From Balneolaceae bacterium (GTDB taxonomy: Bacteria > Bacteroidota > Rhodothermia > Balneolales > Balneolaceae), in assembly GCA_040222185.1 (NCBI GenBank), contig JAVKDP010000003.1:34428-66427 (forward strand): a stretch of 32,000 nt of DNA, written 5' to 3'. Below, in pieces: positions 16,631 through 25,458 of the stretch. Both the position numbers and the translations under genes were made by a program. Numbering within the stretch: position 1 is the stretch's first letter; the number at the start of each line of letters is the position of its first letter. The notes under the pieces are model-generated. The model was not told where the DNA came from. It was given only the letters and a program-made list of their open reading frames with translations, and did not search any database.

Positions 16631-17146
16631 ACTGGCTCTTCTATTAAAATTGAATTCTATTTCTTCCACTTCCTCACCCGATGATTTCATTACCAGGAAC
16701 ACCTGGTATTCATCAGTGCCCTTTTTAAGAATAGTAAAACCTTCGAACCAAACTCCTTGGTCAGAAATCTCAACTAATCGGAAATCCTGGGTAACATTCT
16801 TCTCTTCCCATCCTGTTAAGTCGGCATTAAAATGTTTGAGCCTCAGAATCAGTGATTCTTCAATTTCTGAAATAGTAAATATCTCATAAAAATTAACCTC
16901 TCCACCTGATACTGATCTGAACAGGCCTACCATTGATCCCCCAGCGGGGTCTGACCAGATGTCTTCTGCCAACCCTCCAAAAGCTTCTGCAACCCAGTTA
17001 CCTGAAAGCCATGCAACGTCATCAATCTTTGCATGTGGCATATTTATTGGATCGTCCAGTTTCAAGGTGTTCTCAGTATATACGCTTTGTGCAAATAATG
17101 AACTGGTACAAAAAATCAGAGCTGCACTTAAGATGCTTCTTAACAT
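16622..17146 (-). CDS. Secreted hypothetical protein, third gene of the ECF sigma operon
   Basis: 174 aa with a signal peptide (MLRSILSAALIFCTSSLFAQ). It begins 11 nt after the sigma-factor stop on the same strand. Confidence 0.6.
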   Translation of the reverse strand: MLRSILSAALIFCTSSLFAQSVYTENTLKLDDPINMPHAKIDDVAWLSGNWVAEAFGGLAEDIWSDPAGGSMVGLFRSVSGGEVNFYEIFTISEIEESLILRLKHFNADLTGWEEKNVTQDFRLVEISDQGVWFEGFTILKKGTDEYQVFLVMKSSGEEVEEIEFNFNRRASKK

Positions 17147-17157
17147 GATATTGGATA

Positions 17158-18438
17158 TTAATTATTATTGATGTTGTTAGTGTCGCAAGCCATGATCTTT
17201 TTCCTTATAAACGACTTATCCGATTCTGTTTTTGAAAGATCCAAAGCTACCTGGTAGTAAGACCTGGCAATCTCATACTGCCCAAGCCTCATATTCATTT
17301 CAGCAATTGCTGCATACAAAAGCGACCTCTTCTTAGCTGAGGAGTCTTTTTCTAAATCCTTTAAGAGTACTAGTCCACCCTCAAAACCCTTTGCTCTGCC
17401 GGATGCTATTGCATGATTCAAACGAATCATAAATGAATTGTCAATCTGCAGAAGCTTTTCATAGCAATAGAGAATGGTATCCCAATCAGTATCTTCATAC
17501 TTCTCAGCAGAACAATGAACCGAAGCAATAGTAGACTCAAGGTGATATCGGCTAAGCGCCGGACTCTGTCTTGACTTCTTTAGGAAGTGTAGCCCTATAT
17601 CAAGTAAATCCTTATCCCATTTAGATCGATCCTGGAACTCGATCTCTATAACCTCTCCAAAACTGTTTACCCTTGACGGGAAACGTGCCAATGTTAAATA
17701 CATAAGAGCCAACAGGGCATATACCTGGCCCGATTCAACGTTGGGAATATCGAGCAAGAGGTAGGCCAACCTAATGGCTTCATAACACAACTCTTCATTA
17801 ATTACATCTACCCCGGAAGTTGTTTTGTAACCCTCATTAAATATCAGGTAGATAATAGTTAGCACTGTTTCTATCCTGTTTGAAACTTCTGAAAGAAATG
17901 GAATACCAACCGAAGTGTGTTGTGCCTTTAGCTGTTGCTTAGCTCTGAAAATCCCCTTTTTTACAGCAGCAGGGTTCATTAGTAAAGCATTGGCAATTTC
18001 ATTGTCTCCAAACCCGGAAAGCACTTTAAGCGTCAACATAATTTGGGCTTTAAGCTTCAAACTGGGATGACAACAAGCGAATAACAGCCTGAGTTGGCTA
18101 TCCTTTATTTCGTGATCGAGAAATAGCTCATCTATCTTTTCCTCTGCTTCCTCATAGTGAATTTTTTCTCTCTTTTCTGCGTGCCGTTTTCTTTTACTCA
18201 GCTCATTGATGATTTTATTTTTTGCAACAAGCATTAACCAGGCTTCAGGATTTTCAGGCTCACCTTTCATTCCCCAGGTTTTAATCGCAGATAAAAAAGT
18301 CTCCTGGATTATATCCTCAACCAGGTCTGTATTCTGAAAGCCAAAAATACGCGTTAAGATTGCAGACATCTTCCCGGACTGTTGCCTGAAAAGATGTTCT
18401 ACAATCTTTGAAGAAATATGTGTGTCCTTTTTAACCAA
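17158..18438 (-). CDS. ECF-type sigma-70 factor with a long C-terminal TPR-like extension (ECF42-like)
   Basis: 426 aa. Sigma-2 region: VEDIIQETFLSAIKTWG...PEAWLMLVAKNKIINELSKRKR. Sigma-4 region: MLTLKVLSGFGDNEIANALLMNPAAVKKGIFRAKQQL. A hallmark IYLIFNEGY motif is followed by a helical-repeat C-terminus of about 200 aa. It is adjacent to a DGPF/YCII gene with zero gap. Confidence 0.85.
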   Translation of the reverse strand: MVKKDTHISSKIVEHLFRQQSGKMSAILTRIFGFQNTDLVEDIIQETFLSAIKTWGMKGEPENPEAWLMLVAKNKIINELSKRKRHAEKREKIHYEEAEEKIDELFLDHEIKDSQLRLLFACCHPSLKLKAQIMLTLKVLSGFGDNEIANALLMNPAAVKKGIFRAKQQLKAQHTSVGIPFLSEVSNRIETVLTIIYLIFNEGYKTTSGVDVINEELCYEAIRLAYLLLDIPNVESGQVYALLALMYLTLARFPSRVNSFGEVIEIEFQDRSKWDKDLLDIGLHFLKKSRQSPALSRYHLESTIASVHCSAEKYEDTDWDTILYCYEKLLQIDNSFMIRLNHAIASGRAKGFEGGLVLLKDLEKDSSAKKRSLLYAAIAEMNMRLGQYEIARSYYQVALDLSKTESDKSFIRKKIMACDTNNINNN

Positions 18439-18774
18439 TTAGAACTTCATTACTTCGCGCACTTCAACTTTCCCACCCAACCTGAGTACAGGGCAGCCTT
18501 TAGCCAGTTCAGTTGCTTCATCAAAGCTGGACGCGTTTAAAATATAAAACCCACTAACAAGCTCTTTTGATTCAATAAAAGGCCCGTCGGTGGTTATCTT
18601 ATCTTTTCCAATAATAGTTTTGGCAGGTTGATGTAATGGTTCACCTGAATCATAGTGCTCCCCTAGTTCCTGAATCCACTGTCCGTGAGCGGCAATCTCT
18701 TTTTGCATCTCTTCCGGTGAAAAATCTGCGTAAGCGTTTTCGTGTTCAAAAAGTATTAGCATATATTTATTCAT
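18439..18774 (-). CDS. YCII/DGPF-family protein
   Basis: 111 aa containing TTDGPFIESKELVSGFYIL, which matches the DGPFxExKE signature of YCII-related proteins that pair with ECF42-type sigma factors. Confidence 0.85.
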   Translation of the reverse strand: MNKYMLILFEHENAYADFSPEEMQKEIAAHGQWIQELGEHYDSGEPLHQPAKTIIGKDKITTDGPFIESKELVSGFYILNASSFDEATELAKGCPVLRLGGKVEVREVMKF

Positions 18775-18857
18775 AGTATCTCCTTATTGTTTAGTTGGGA
18801 TTTACAGGTATAACAACCTTGCCGTTAAGTAGGGGACAAAATCGAAATTCTTGAACC

Positions 18858-19289
18858 ATGAATGTCAATAATCTTACGTTTACATCAAAAGAAAACCCGG
18901 GTTCTGATGAAATCGACGAGTTGAGAATGAGCCTTAGAGCATTCAATAACAAATTTGCAGGAGAGTATGAGAGGACATCTCTAATACACCAGGTTAGAGA
19001 TTCTGAGGGCACACTTTTGGGCGGAGCATATGGATATATTTCCTGGGGGTGGTTATATATTGATTTGCTTTGGGTTGATGACAGCCTAAGGGGAACAGGA
19101 ATGGGAACCCGGCTCATAAAAGAAATAGAGAAGCTTGCTAACGAAAAGGATGTGTATTGCTACTACCTGGGAACTACCAGTTTTCAGGCGCTCGATTTCT
19201 ATAAGAAAATGGGATACCAGGTTTGCGGAGAAATTGAAGGCTTACCTCCCGGTTATACGAATTACTTTCTAAAAAAAACGGACCATTAA
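18858..19289 (+). CDS. GNAT-family N-acetyltransferase
   Basis: 143 aa. Acetyl-CoA motif A: LWVDDSLRGTGMGTRLIKEIEKLA. Ends with FYKKMGY. Confidence 0.8.
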   Translation: MNVNNLTFTSKENPGSDEIDELRMSLRAFNNKFAGEYERTSLIHQVRDSEGTLLGGAYGYISWGWLYIDLLWVDDSLRGTGMGTRLIKEIEKLANEKDVYCYYLGTTSFQALDFYKKMGYQVCGEIEGLPPGYTNYFLKKTDH

Positions 19290-19293
19290 CATT

Positions 19294-19908
19294 ATGTACA
19301 CCCCTTCTTCATTTAAGGAAACTAATCCTGAGACTCTCTTCGATTTAATAGAAAAGTACAACTTCGGAGTTCTATTCAGCCAACATATGGATAACCCAGA
19401 AGCAACACACCTTCCTTTTATGGTAGATCGTAAAGCCGGAACTCATGGAAAATTAATTGCTCATTTTGCTAAAGCTAATAAGCACTGGAAAAAACTGGAT
19501 ACCCAGAAAGAGGTTCTTTGCATCTTCCAAGGACCACATACTTATATTTCTCCCTCATGGTATGAAAAGAGAGACACTGTTCCGACCTGGAATTATGCAA
19601 CAGTTCATGTGTACGGAAAACCAAAAGTAATACATGAGCTTGATGAGCTGAGAAAGATGGTAACCGGGTTAACGCATTATCATGAAGCTCAGGTAAAAAC
19701 GGATTGGAGCCTTGAGGAAGGTAAAACCAGTTTTGAGAAAAACCTTTTGGGTATTACAGGACTTGAAATAGAGATCACAAAATTAGAAGGTAAATTCAAG
19801 TTCAATCAAAATCGATCGAAAGAAGACCAGGTGGGGGTTATAAAGAACCTGGATGATTCAACATCACCGGGTGTTAAAGAGATCATGAAGAAAAACCTGG
19901 AGCAATAA
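19294..19908 (+). CDS. paiB: PaiB-family FMN-binding putative transcriptional regulator
   Basis: 204 aa. The N-terminus MYTPSSFKETNPETLFDLIEKYNFGVL and the C-terminal LEGKFKFNQNRSKEDQ match the PaiB family pattern. The gene starts 4 nt after the GNAT gene. Confidence 0.8.
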   Translation: MYTPSSFKETNPETLFDLIEKYNFGVLFSQHMDNPEATHLPFMVDRKAGTHGKLIAHFAKANKHWKKLDTQKEVLCIFQGPHTYISPSWYEKRDTVPTWNYATVHVYGKPKVIHELDELRKMVTGLTHYHEAQVKTDWSLEEGKTSFEKNLLGITGLEIEITKLEGKFKFNQNRSKEDQVGVIKNLDDSTSPGVKEIMKKNLEQ

Positions 19909-19914
19909 GGCTTT

Positions 19915-21753
19915 TTATTTCAGATGAGATGCCATCTTTTGCTGTAAATCGGCCGGGTTAAATGGTTTCGTCACAAAGTCGTTCATACCTGAAGCATACA
20001 CTTTCTCTCTTACTTCTTTTAGTGCTGCCGCTGTAAGAGCAATAATTGGCGTACTGCGTTTATTAGCATCTTCCAGTTTTCGGATCTTGGCCGAAGCTTC
20101 ATACCCATCCATTTCCGGCATTTGAAGATCCATAAGAATGATATCGAAATCAGATTTCTTCACTTCTTCTAAAGCCTTAACCCCGTTATCTACGATAGTC
20201 ATTTTGATTTCCCATCGTTCAAGAAAACGGTGCATTACCTTTTGGTTTACAATATTATCTTCAGCTAAAAGCACTTTTATACCTTTGAGAGCGTCTTCTG
20301 TCTCTTCGTGATCAATCAGCTTTTCCTCTTTTATTGCTTTGCCTTCACCCTTATCAAAAGTGATTTGTACAGCGAAAGTACTGCCTTTTCCTTCTTCACT
20401 ATCTACTCTTATTGAGCCACCTTGCAGTTCGGCTAGCTGTTTGCTTATAGTAAGCCCCAGGCCGGTTCCGCCATATAATCTTTTTGTACTGCCACTTGCC
20501 TGTGTAAAACTTTCAAAAATAGTTCCGAGCCTTTCTTCTGGTATGCCGATTCCTGTATCAATAACTGAGAATTCCAGTTTTTGGCGGCCATCAAACTCAT
20601 CCAGGATGTTTATTTCGAGAGAGACACTTCCTTCTTCAGTAAATTTAAGTGCATTACTTAACAGGTTATTAAGTATCTGCGTTAAACGGGCAGGATCACC
20701 GATAAGGACATTATGAATTTTAGGATCAATCTTTTTATCGAGCTTTATCTCATTGTTACTAGCCATCACTTTAAAACTTTCCATGATGGTCGACACAAGT
20801 CGGTTCAACTCAAACTCTGTACTTTCAAACTCAACACGCCCGGCTTCAATTTTAGAAAAGTCAAGTACGTCATCAATAAGCGAAAGCAGTGTTTTGCCTG
20901 AGAAATCCAGGATATTCAAAGGCTCCTGTTGATCTTTTCTGGGCTTTTCTTGCTGAAGCAAATGTGTCATCCCCATGATTGCATTCATCGGAGTCCTGAT
21001 TTCATGACTCATCGTTGCCAGAAAGTCTGATTTCGCCTTCGTGCTTTCTTCCAGGTCTTGCCGGGCTTCTTCAAGCTCCTGGATATTTTTTTTAAGACGT
21101 TCCTGGTTGTAGCTCAGTTCTTTGTTTAACTCAATTTCCTTATCCAGAAGCTCACTTGCCTTATTCTCTGCACTTTCTTTGAACTCTGAAAAAGTATTGA
21201 AGATTAACCAGGTAGTTACAAATGATGATACAATAACGCTCATCCTGATAATGGAGAAATCATCTTCACTGAAATCTATTTGTTCAAATATGATATAGTC
21301 TAATACGAAATATGATATCACCGAGAAAAATATAGAAATATTCCTGAGCCGGATATTCTTACCATCGAATAGTAAAATTGAAAGGCCCATGGTGGGTATT
21401 AGGAAAGCTTTAATCATCACTTCATCACCAAACACTGAACTGAGCACGATAATGGCAATATCTATGTATGCAATCAGAAGTAATTTTGCGGTATTGATGT
21501 ATCCTTGTTTTGCGAGAATTGGAATCAGTGCGAATGCGAGAGCTTCTGAAAGAAAGAACCAGGTTAGGGAAACCGAATCATCAAAGTAAAAAGGGATTAG
21601 AAACAGAACACAAACAAGCAAAAGGAAAAAACAAACCCTATTTAGAATATATATCCCAGGCTTTCTTATTTCCTCCCAAGGGTTTACAAACAAGCTACCT
21701 TGCTTAACCCCCCGTTCTATACCCGTAAGTGAAAACTTATCTCCCATTCGCAA
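19915..21753 (-). CDS. Hybrid sensor histidine kinase/response regulator with a multi-TM N-terminal domain
   Basis: 612 aa with about 6 TM helices and a coiled coil. Kinase motifs: H-box SHEIRTPMNAIMGM, N-box LLSNALKFT, G-boxes DTGIGI and GGTGLGLTIS. REC domain: VLLAEDNIVNQKV...DIILMDLQMPEMDG...TKP. Confidence 0.9.
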   Translation of the reverse strand: MRMGDKFSLTGIERGVKQGSLFVNPWEEIRKPGIYILNRVCFFLLLVCVLFLIPFYFDDSVSLTWFFLSEALAFALIPILAKQGYINTAKLLLIAYIDIAIIVLSSVFGDEVMIKAFLIPTMGLSILLFDGKNIRLRNISIFFSVISYFVLDYIIFEQIDFSEDDFSIIRMSVIVSSFVTTWLIFNTFSEFKESAENKASELLDKEIELNKELSYNQERLKKNIQELEEARQDLEESTKAKSDFLATMSHEIRTPMNAIMGMTHLLQQEKPRKDQQEPLNILDFSGKTLLSLIDDVLDFSKIEAGRVEFESTEFELNRLVSTIMESFKVMASNNEIKLDKKIDPKIHNVLIGDPARLTQILNNLLSNALKFTEEGSVSLEINILDEFDGRQKLEFSVIDTGIGIPEERLGTIFESFTQASGSTKRLYGGTGLGLTISKQLAELQGGSIRVDSEEGKGSTFAVQITFDKGEGKAIKEEKLIDHEETEDALKGIKVLLAEDNIVNQKVMHRFLERWEIKMTIVDNGVKALEEVKKSDFDIILMDLQMPEMDGYEASAKIRKLEDANKRSTPIIALTAAALKEVREKVYASGMNDFVTKPFNPADLQQKMASHLK

Positions 21754-21774
21754 AATGTACTAAGAAAAAAGAAA

Positions 21775-22206
21775 TTATCCGCTATTTCTCAATTTAGTTT
21801 TAAAAGCCATAGCGTAAATCTTCATTTGTTTAACCATTGAAGCTAAACCATTAGCCCTGGTTGGCGATAAATGTTGAGCCATTCCAATATTTGATATGAA
21901 TTCGGGATTCGTATTAATAATGGTATCCGGGTCTTGCCCCGAATAAACTCTGATCACCAATGCTACCAAACCTTTTGTTATGGCTGCATCGCTGTCGGCT
22001 TTATATACTACTTTATCGCCTTCTAATTGAGCAGTAAGCCATACCTGGCTTTGGCACCCTTTCACAAGATTTTCATCAATATGATCTTCTTCTGGAAGCT
22101 CTTCTAGTTTAGAACCCAATTTAATGATGTGTTTATACTTCTCAGTCCAGTCCTCGAAAAGCCCAAATTCCCTGACAATCCTGTTCTGTATATCTTGTAT
22201 GGTCAT
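21775..22206 (-). CDS. sufE: SufE-family sulfur acceptor protein
   Basis: 143 aa with the VKGCQSQVWL active-site Cys motif and family-typical length. Confidence 0.85.
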   Translation of the reverse strand: MTIQDIQNRIVREFGLFEDWTEKYKHIIKLGSKLEELPEEDHIDENLVKGCQSQVWLTAQLEGDKVVYKADSDAAITKGLVALVIRVYSGQDPDTIINTNPEFISNIGMAQHLSPTRANGLASMVKQMKIYAMAFKTKLRNSG

Positions 22207-22239
22207 AAATTTTTTTGAAGAATATAAACAGGCTGAAAC

Positions 22240-22267
22240 AAAAAAAGCTCAATCATGAGCTTTTTTT
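22240..22267 (-). terminator. Intrinsic terminator downstream of the PAS gene
   Basis: The stem agctca/tgagct with loop atca is extended by flanking A7/T7 runs (aaaaaaagctca-atca-tgagcttttttt). This gives a U-tract on either strand. Confidence 0.6.
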
Positions 22268-22287
22268 TAGAGGCCACTATTAGTTCT

Positions 22288-23166
22288 TTACACTTCCTTT
22301 AACTCGAGCTTGGCAATAGACTTTACAGATTTAACCTTCGTAGAAGCATCATTCCATATTGGTTTGAACGATTGTAATACCACAAGATATTCATTTTCTG
22401 AATTTCTGTACCTGCACTTCACTGTGCTTTCATTGCCTTCAAAAGCTTGTTTCAGATGATTCTCAACTCCTTTAACATCATCCTTATGAAGAACTGATTG
22501 AATGCCAGAGTCAAAAATCTCTGATTTATCGAGGCCGGTTATTTCTTCAAATGCTTCGTTTACATATTTACAGGAGATTGAACCATCCTCATCTTTAACA
22601 AACTTGATGGTAAATTCTTCCCGTCGCTTTAATAACGCATCAAAATCTGTATTAAAGATTGCTTTTGCAGTTTCTCTTTTCTCAGTTACATCACGTTGAT
22701 AAGAAACCCAGTGAGTAACTTCCCCATCACTATTCATTAATGGATGGATGTCCCACTGGTTAATAAACTCAGTCCCGTCTTTGCGATAATTTATAGTATG
22801 TCCGAAAAAGGCCTGGCCTTCAATCAACCTTCTTTTCAATCGCTCTAAAATTGCCCTGTCCGTTTTAGGCCCCTGGAGCATTCTTGGAGTATTTCCGATT
22901 GCTTCTTCTCTAGAGTATCCGGTCATTTCAGTGAAACCATCATTCACATAAATAATTTTTGGGCCTGGTTTTTCTAAACCCAGCTCTGTAATGAGAATGG
23001 AGTTATAATCGTTTTTTACAGCATTTTCTAATAACTGAAGCTGCTCTTTTATTGTTTCTTTGTCCGCAATAAAACTACTAATAATGGTTTTCAGCTCTAA
23101 AAACGAAGCTTTATCACTGGAATACTCTTCCAGTTTCTTTAGCAATTCCGGATCAATGTTACTCAT
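22288..23166 (-). CDS. Tandem PAS protein; the first PAS is LOV-like but lacks the adduct-forming Cys
   Basis: 292 aa. The stretch IIYVNDGFTEMTGYSREEAIGNTPRMLQGPKTDRAILERLKRRLIEGQAFFGHTINYRKDGTEFINQWDIHPLMNSDGEVTHWVSYQRDVT aligns with the LOV consensus (GRNCRFLQGPETD...NYRKDG..FWN...P....G....F.G.Q.D.T). A second PAS follows and no output domain is present. Confidence 0.8.
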   Translation of the reverse strand: MSNIDPELLKKLEEYSSDKASFLELKTIISSFIADKETIKEQLQLLENAVKNDYNSILITELGLEKPGPKIIYVNDGFTEMTGYSREEAIGNTPRMLQGPKTDRAILERLKRRLIEGQAFFGHTINYRKDGTEFINQWDIHPLMNSDGEVTHWVSYQRDVTEKRETAKAIFNTDFDALLKRREEFTIKFVKDEDGSISCKYVNEAFEEITGLDKSEIFDSGIQSVLHKDDVKGVENHLKQAFEGNESTVKCRYRNSENEYLVVLQSFKPIWNDASTKVKSVKSIAKLELKEV

Positions 23167-23289
23167 ATTAATCTAAGATTTATTTATGTGAATGGTCCAC
23201 ACGTAGCATTTAAACTCTTTGTTGGAAACCATCATTCCATTTTTTTAAATAAAAAATCGTATCATATACTATTTAAATAGTATTAATGT

Positions 23290-24030
23290 ATGCGTAGGTA
23301 TTTCCTCTTTTCCTTTCTAGCGCTTTTTGTGGTTAATGGATGTTCTTTATTTAGGGCGACTACAAAAAGCTACCAACCGGAAATGGTATTTATTGAAGGA
23401 GGTATTTTCGAGTTCGGCGATGTTTTTGAAGGAACAAATACCGATGCTCTACCAGTTCATACAGTGGAAATCCGTTCTTTTTATCTAGGGAAATATGAGA
23501 TCACATATGAAGAGTATGATGCTTTCGCTCTATCTAAAAACCGGGAACTCCCATCATCAGGAAACTTTGGGCGCGGAAAACGAGCTGTTGTAGATATAAC
23601 CTGGGATGATGCTATGGCGTTTTGTGAAAGTCTTGGGTATAGACTACCCACTGAAGCAGAATGGGAATATGCAGCCCGATCTGGTGGGAAAGAATATCTT
23701 TTCTCTGGTACTAGCGATCCTGACTCTTTGAAAAATTATGGAGTAACAAGAAGCTCAAATATAAATTTCTCTTTCGTTGTCGGATCAAAAAAGCCCAACA
23801 AGCTGGGTCTATATGATATGAGCGGGAATGTTTTTGAGTGGATTCATGAGTTTTATCAATTCTACAGTATGCCGGGTAATATGCATGATTACCAAAGCGA
23901 TGGCATAAGAATAATCAGAGGTGGAAGCTTTGCTGAAGAAACCGTTGCAACAAGAACCTATTGGAGAGTCGGTACTTTGAGAGATGTTAAAGCTACAGAT
24001 ATAGGGTTCAGATGTGCTTCAGATCCTTGA
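23290..24030 (+). CDS. FGE-sulfatase (SUMF1/EgtB/PvdO) domain lipoprotein
   Basis: 246 aa with a lipobox-like VVNGC. Family motifs: VTWDDAMAFCESLGYRLPTEAEWEYAAR, GLYDMSGNVFEW, RGGSF, GFRCA. Confidence 0.85.
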   Translation: MRRYFLFSFLALFVVNGCSLFRATTKSYQPEMVFIEGGIFEFGDVFEGTNTDALPVHTVEIRSFYLGKYEITYEEYDAFALSKNRELPSSGNFGRGKRAVVDITWDDAMAFCESLGYRLPTEAEWEYAARSGGKEYLFSGTSDPDSLKNYGVTRSSNINFSFVVGSKKPNKLGLYDMSGNVFEWIHEFYQFYSMPGNMHDYQSDGIRIIRGGSFAEETVATRTYWRVGTLRDVKATDIGFRCASDP

Positions 24031-24063
24031 CTTTATTCTATAAACTACAAGGATGATATAAAA

Positions 24064-24090
24064 TAAAAGGGGGGCCGAAACCCCCCTTTC
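24064..24090. terminator. Bidirectional GC-stem terminator between convergent genes
   Basis: aaagggggg-ccgaaa-ccccccttt, a G6/C6 stem flanked by A3/T3. Confidence 0.6.
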
Positions 24091-24099
24091 CTCACTCAC

Positions 24100-25263
24100 T
24101 CATCGAAGTAGCAGCTTTGCAATGGTGCTAAGCTGCATGTTCGTTGTACCCTCGTAGATTTTACCGATCTTTGCATCTCGATAATATTTTTCTACGGGAT
24201 ATTCTTTCACGTATCCATAACCACCAAATAAATCTACGGCCATTGAGGATACGCGTTCAGCAACTTCTGAAGAATAAAACTTCGCCATTGCTGCTTCTTT
24301 CAAAAAATTCTGACCGGCCATTTTCATACGGGCCGCATTATATACTAACAAGCGAGCTGTTTCAATATCTGTTGCCATCCTGGAAAGCTGAAACTGAACT
24401 CCCTGGAAGTCAGAAATCGCTTTACCAAATTGCTTGCGCTCTTTAACATATTCCAGAGCAGCATCGAAAGCTCCCTGAGCAATACCAATCATTTGAGCTC
24501 CAATACCAATCCTTCCTTCATTCAAGGTTTCAATAGCTACTTTGTAGCCTTTACCATATTCACCCAGAATATTCTCTTTCGGTATTTTACAATCTTCGAG
24601 CAATACTTCACAGGTTGAACTGGCTCGTATTCCAAGCTTGTTTTCTTTCTTGGAGATTGATAAACCTTCAGTACCTCTTTCTACAACAAATGCAGTAATT
24701 CCTTTATAACCCAATTCCTGGTTTACATTTGCAAAAACAAGGAATATATCCGCTTCATTGGCATTTGTAATCCACAGCTTAGAGCCGTTAAGAATAAAAT
24801 GATCATCCATTTCCTTGGCAGACGTCTTAAGTGCAAAAGCGTCGCTACCTGAGCCTGCTTCAGAAAGACAGTAAGCTCCAACTTTATCAGTGGCTAATTG
24901 AGGAAGGTATTTTTCCTGTAGGCTTTCGGATGCGAAATTATTAAAAGCATTTATAACCAGGGTGTTCTGGACATCCATAAAAACTCCAGCTGAAGCGTCA
25001 ATCCTGGAAATCTGCTCAATGGCAACGATAGACATCATGAATGTTCCACCACCACCAGAGTACTTTTCAGGAATTTCAATTCCCATTAGACCCATTTCAA
25101 AAAATTCTTTAATCAAACCCGAATCCAGCTTCGCATTTTCGTCCATTTCATGAACTAAAGGTGCGATCGAGCTTTCAGCAAAATCAGCAGTTGCTTCTTT
25201 AAGCATCTGCTCATCTTCTGTAAGCTGTGTTAGCGGGGCTATTGATTGTACTATTTCTTCCAT
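24100..25263 (-). CDS. Acyl-CoA dehydrogenase (short/branched-chain type)
   Basis: 387 aa with ACAD hallmarks: CLSEAGSGSDAFALKTSA, GSKLWITNA, QFGKAISDFQGVQFQLSRM, and the catalytic Glu context KIYEGTTNMQ. Confidence 0.95.
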   Translation of the reverse strand: MEEIVQSIAPLTQLTEDEQMLKEATADFAESSIAPLVHEMDENAKLDSGLIKEFFEMGLMGIEIPEKYSGGGGTFMMSIVAIEQISRIDASAGVFMDVQNTLVINAFNNFASESLQEKYLPQLATDKVGAYCLSEAGSGSDAFALKTSAKEMDDHFILNGSKLWITNANEADIFLVFANVNQELGYKGITAFVVERGTEGLSISKKENKLGIRASSTCEVLLEDCKIPKENILGEYGKGYKVAIETLNEGRIGIGAQMIGIAQGAFDAALEYVKERKQFGKAISDFQGVQFQLSRMATDIETARLLVYNAARMKMAGQNFLKEAAMAKFYSSEVAERVSSMAVDLFGGYGYVKEYPVEKYYRDAKIGKIYEGTTNMQLSTIAKLLLR

Positions 25264-25411
25264 TCGATTTTTAGAGATTCAGGATTCAAATTACTTAAGC
25301 TGCATTGAATATAGTAATTTTGGAAGCGCTTTTCCGACTACTATTTTAATTTTGTAACAAATTCTTGCTTCACTTCTTATTTACGGGAAGCGCTTTTTAT
25401 TTAAGAGAAAA

Positions 25412-25425
25412 TGTAAGCGCTTACA
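25412..25425. promoter_or_regulatory. Perfect 14-bp palindrome TGTAAGCGCTTACA (LacI/CcpA-type operator-like) 34 bp upstream of the amylase start
   Basis: Seen directly in the sequence. The palindromic core AAGCGCTT also occurs at 25324..25331 and 25388..25395, both times within GGAAGCGCTTTT. Confidence 0.5.
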
Positions 25426-25458
25426 ATTACCAACCAATAATTAAATCAAGAGGTAATA

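Noticed and set aside
18791-19117. 108-aa minus-strand ORF overlapping the GNAT gene
   Set aside because: The plus-strand frame carries the GNAT acetyl-CoA motif (RGTGMGTRL). The minus-strand product is P/S/L-rich with no recognisable features.
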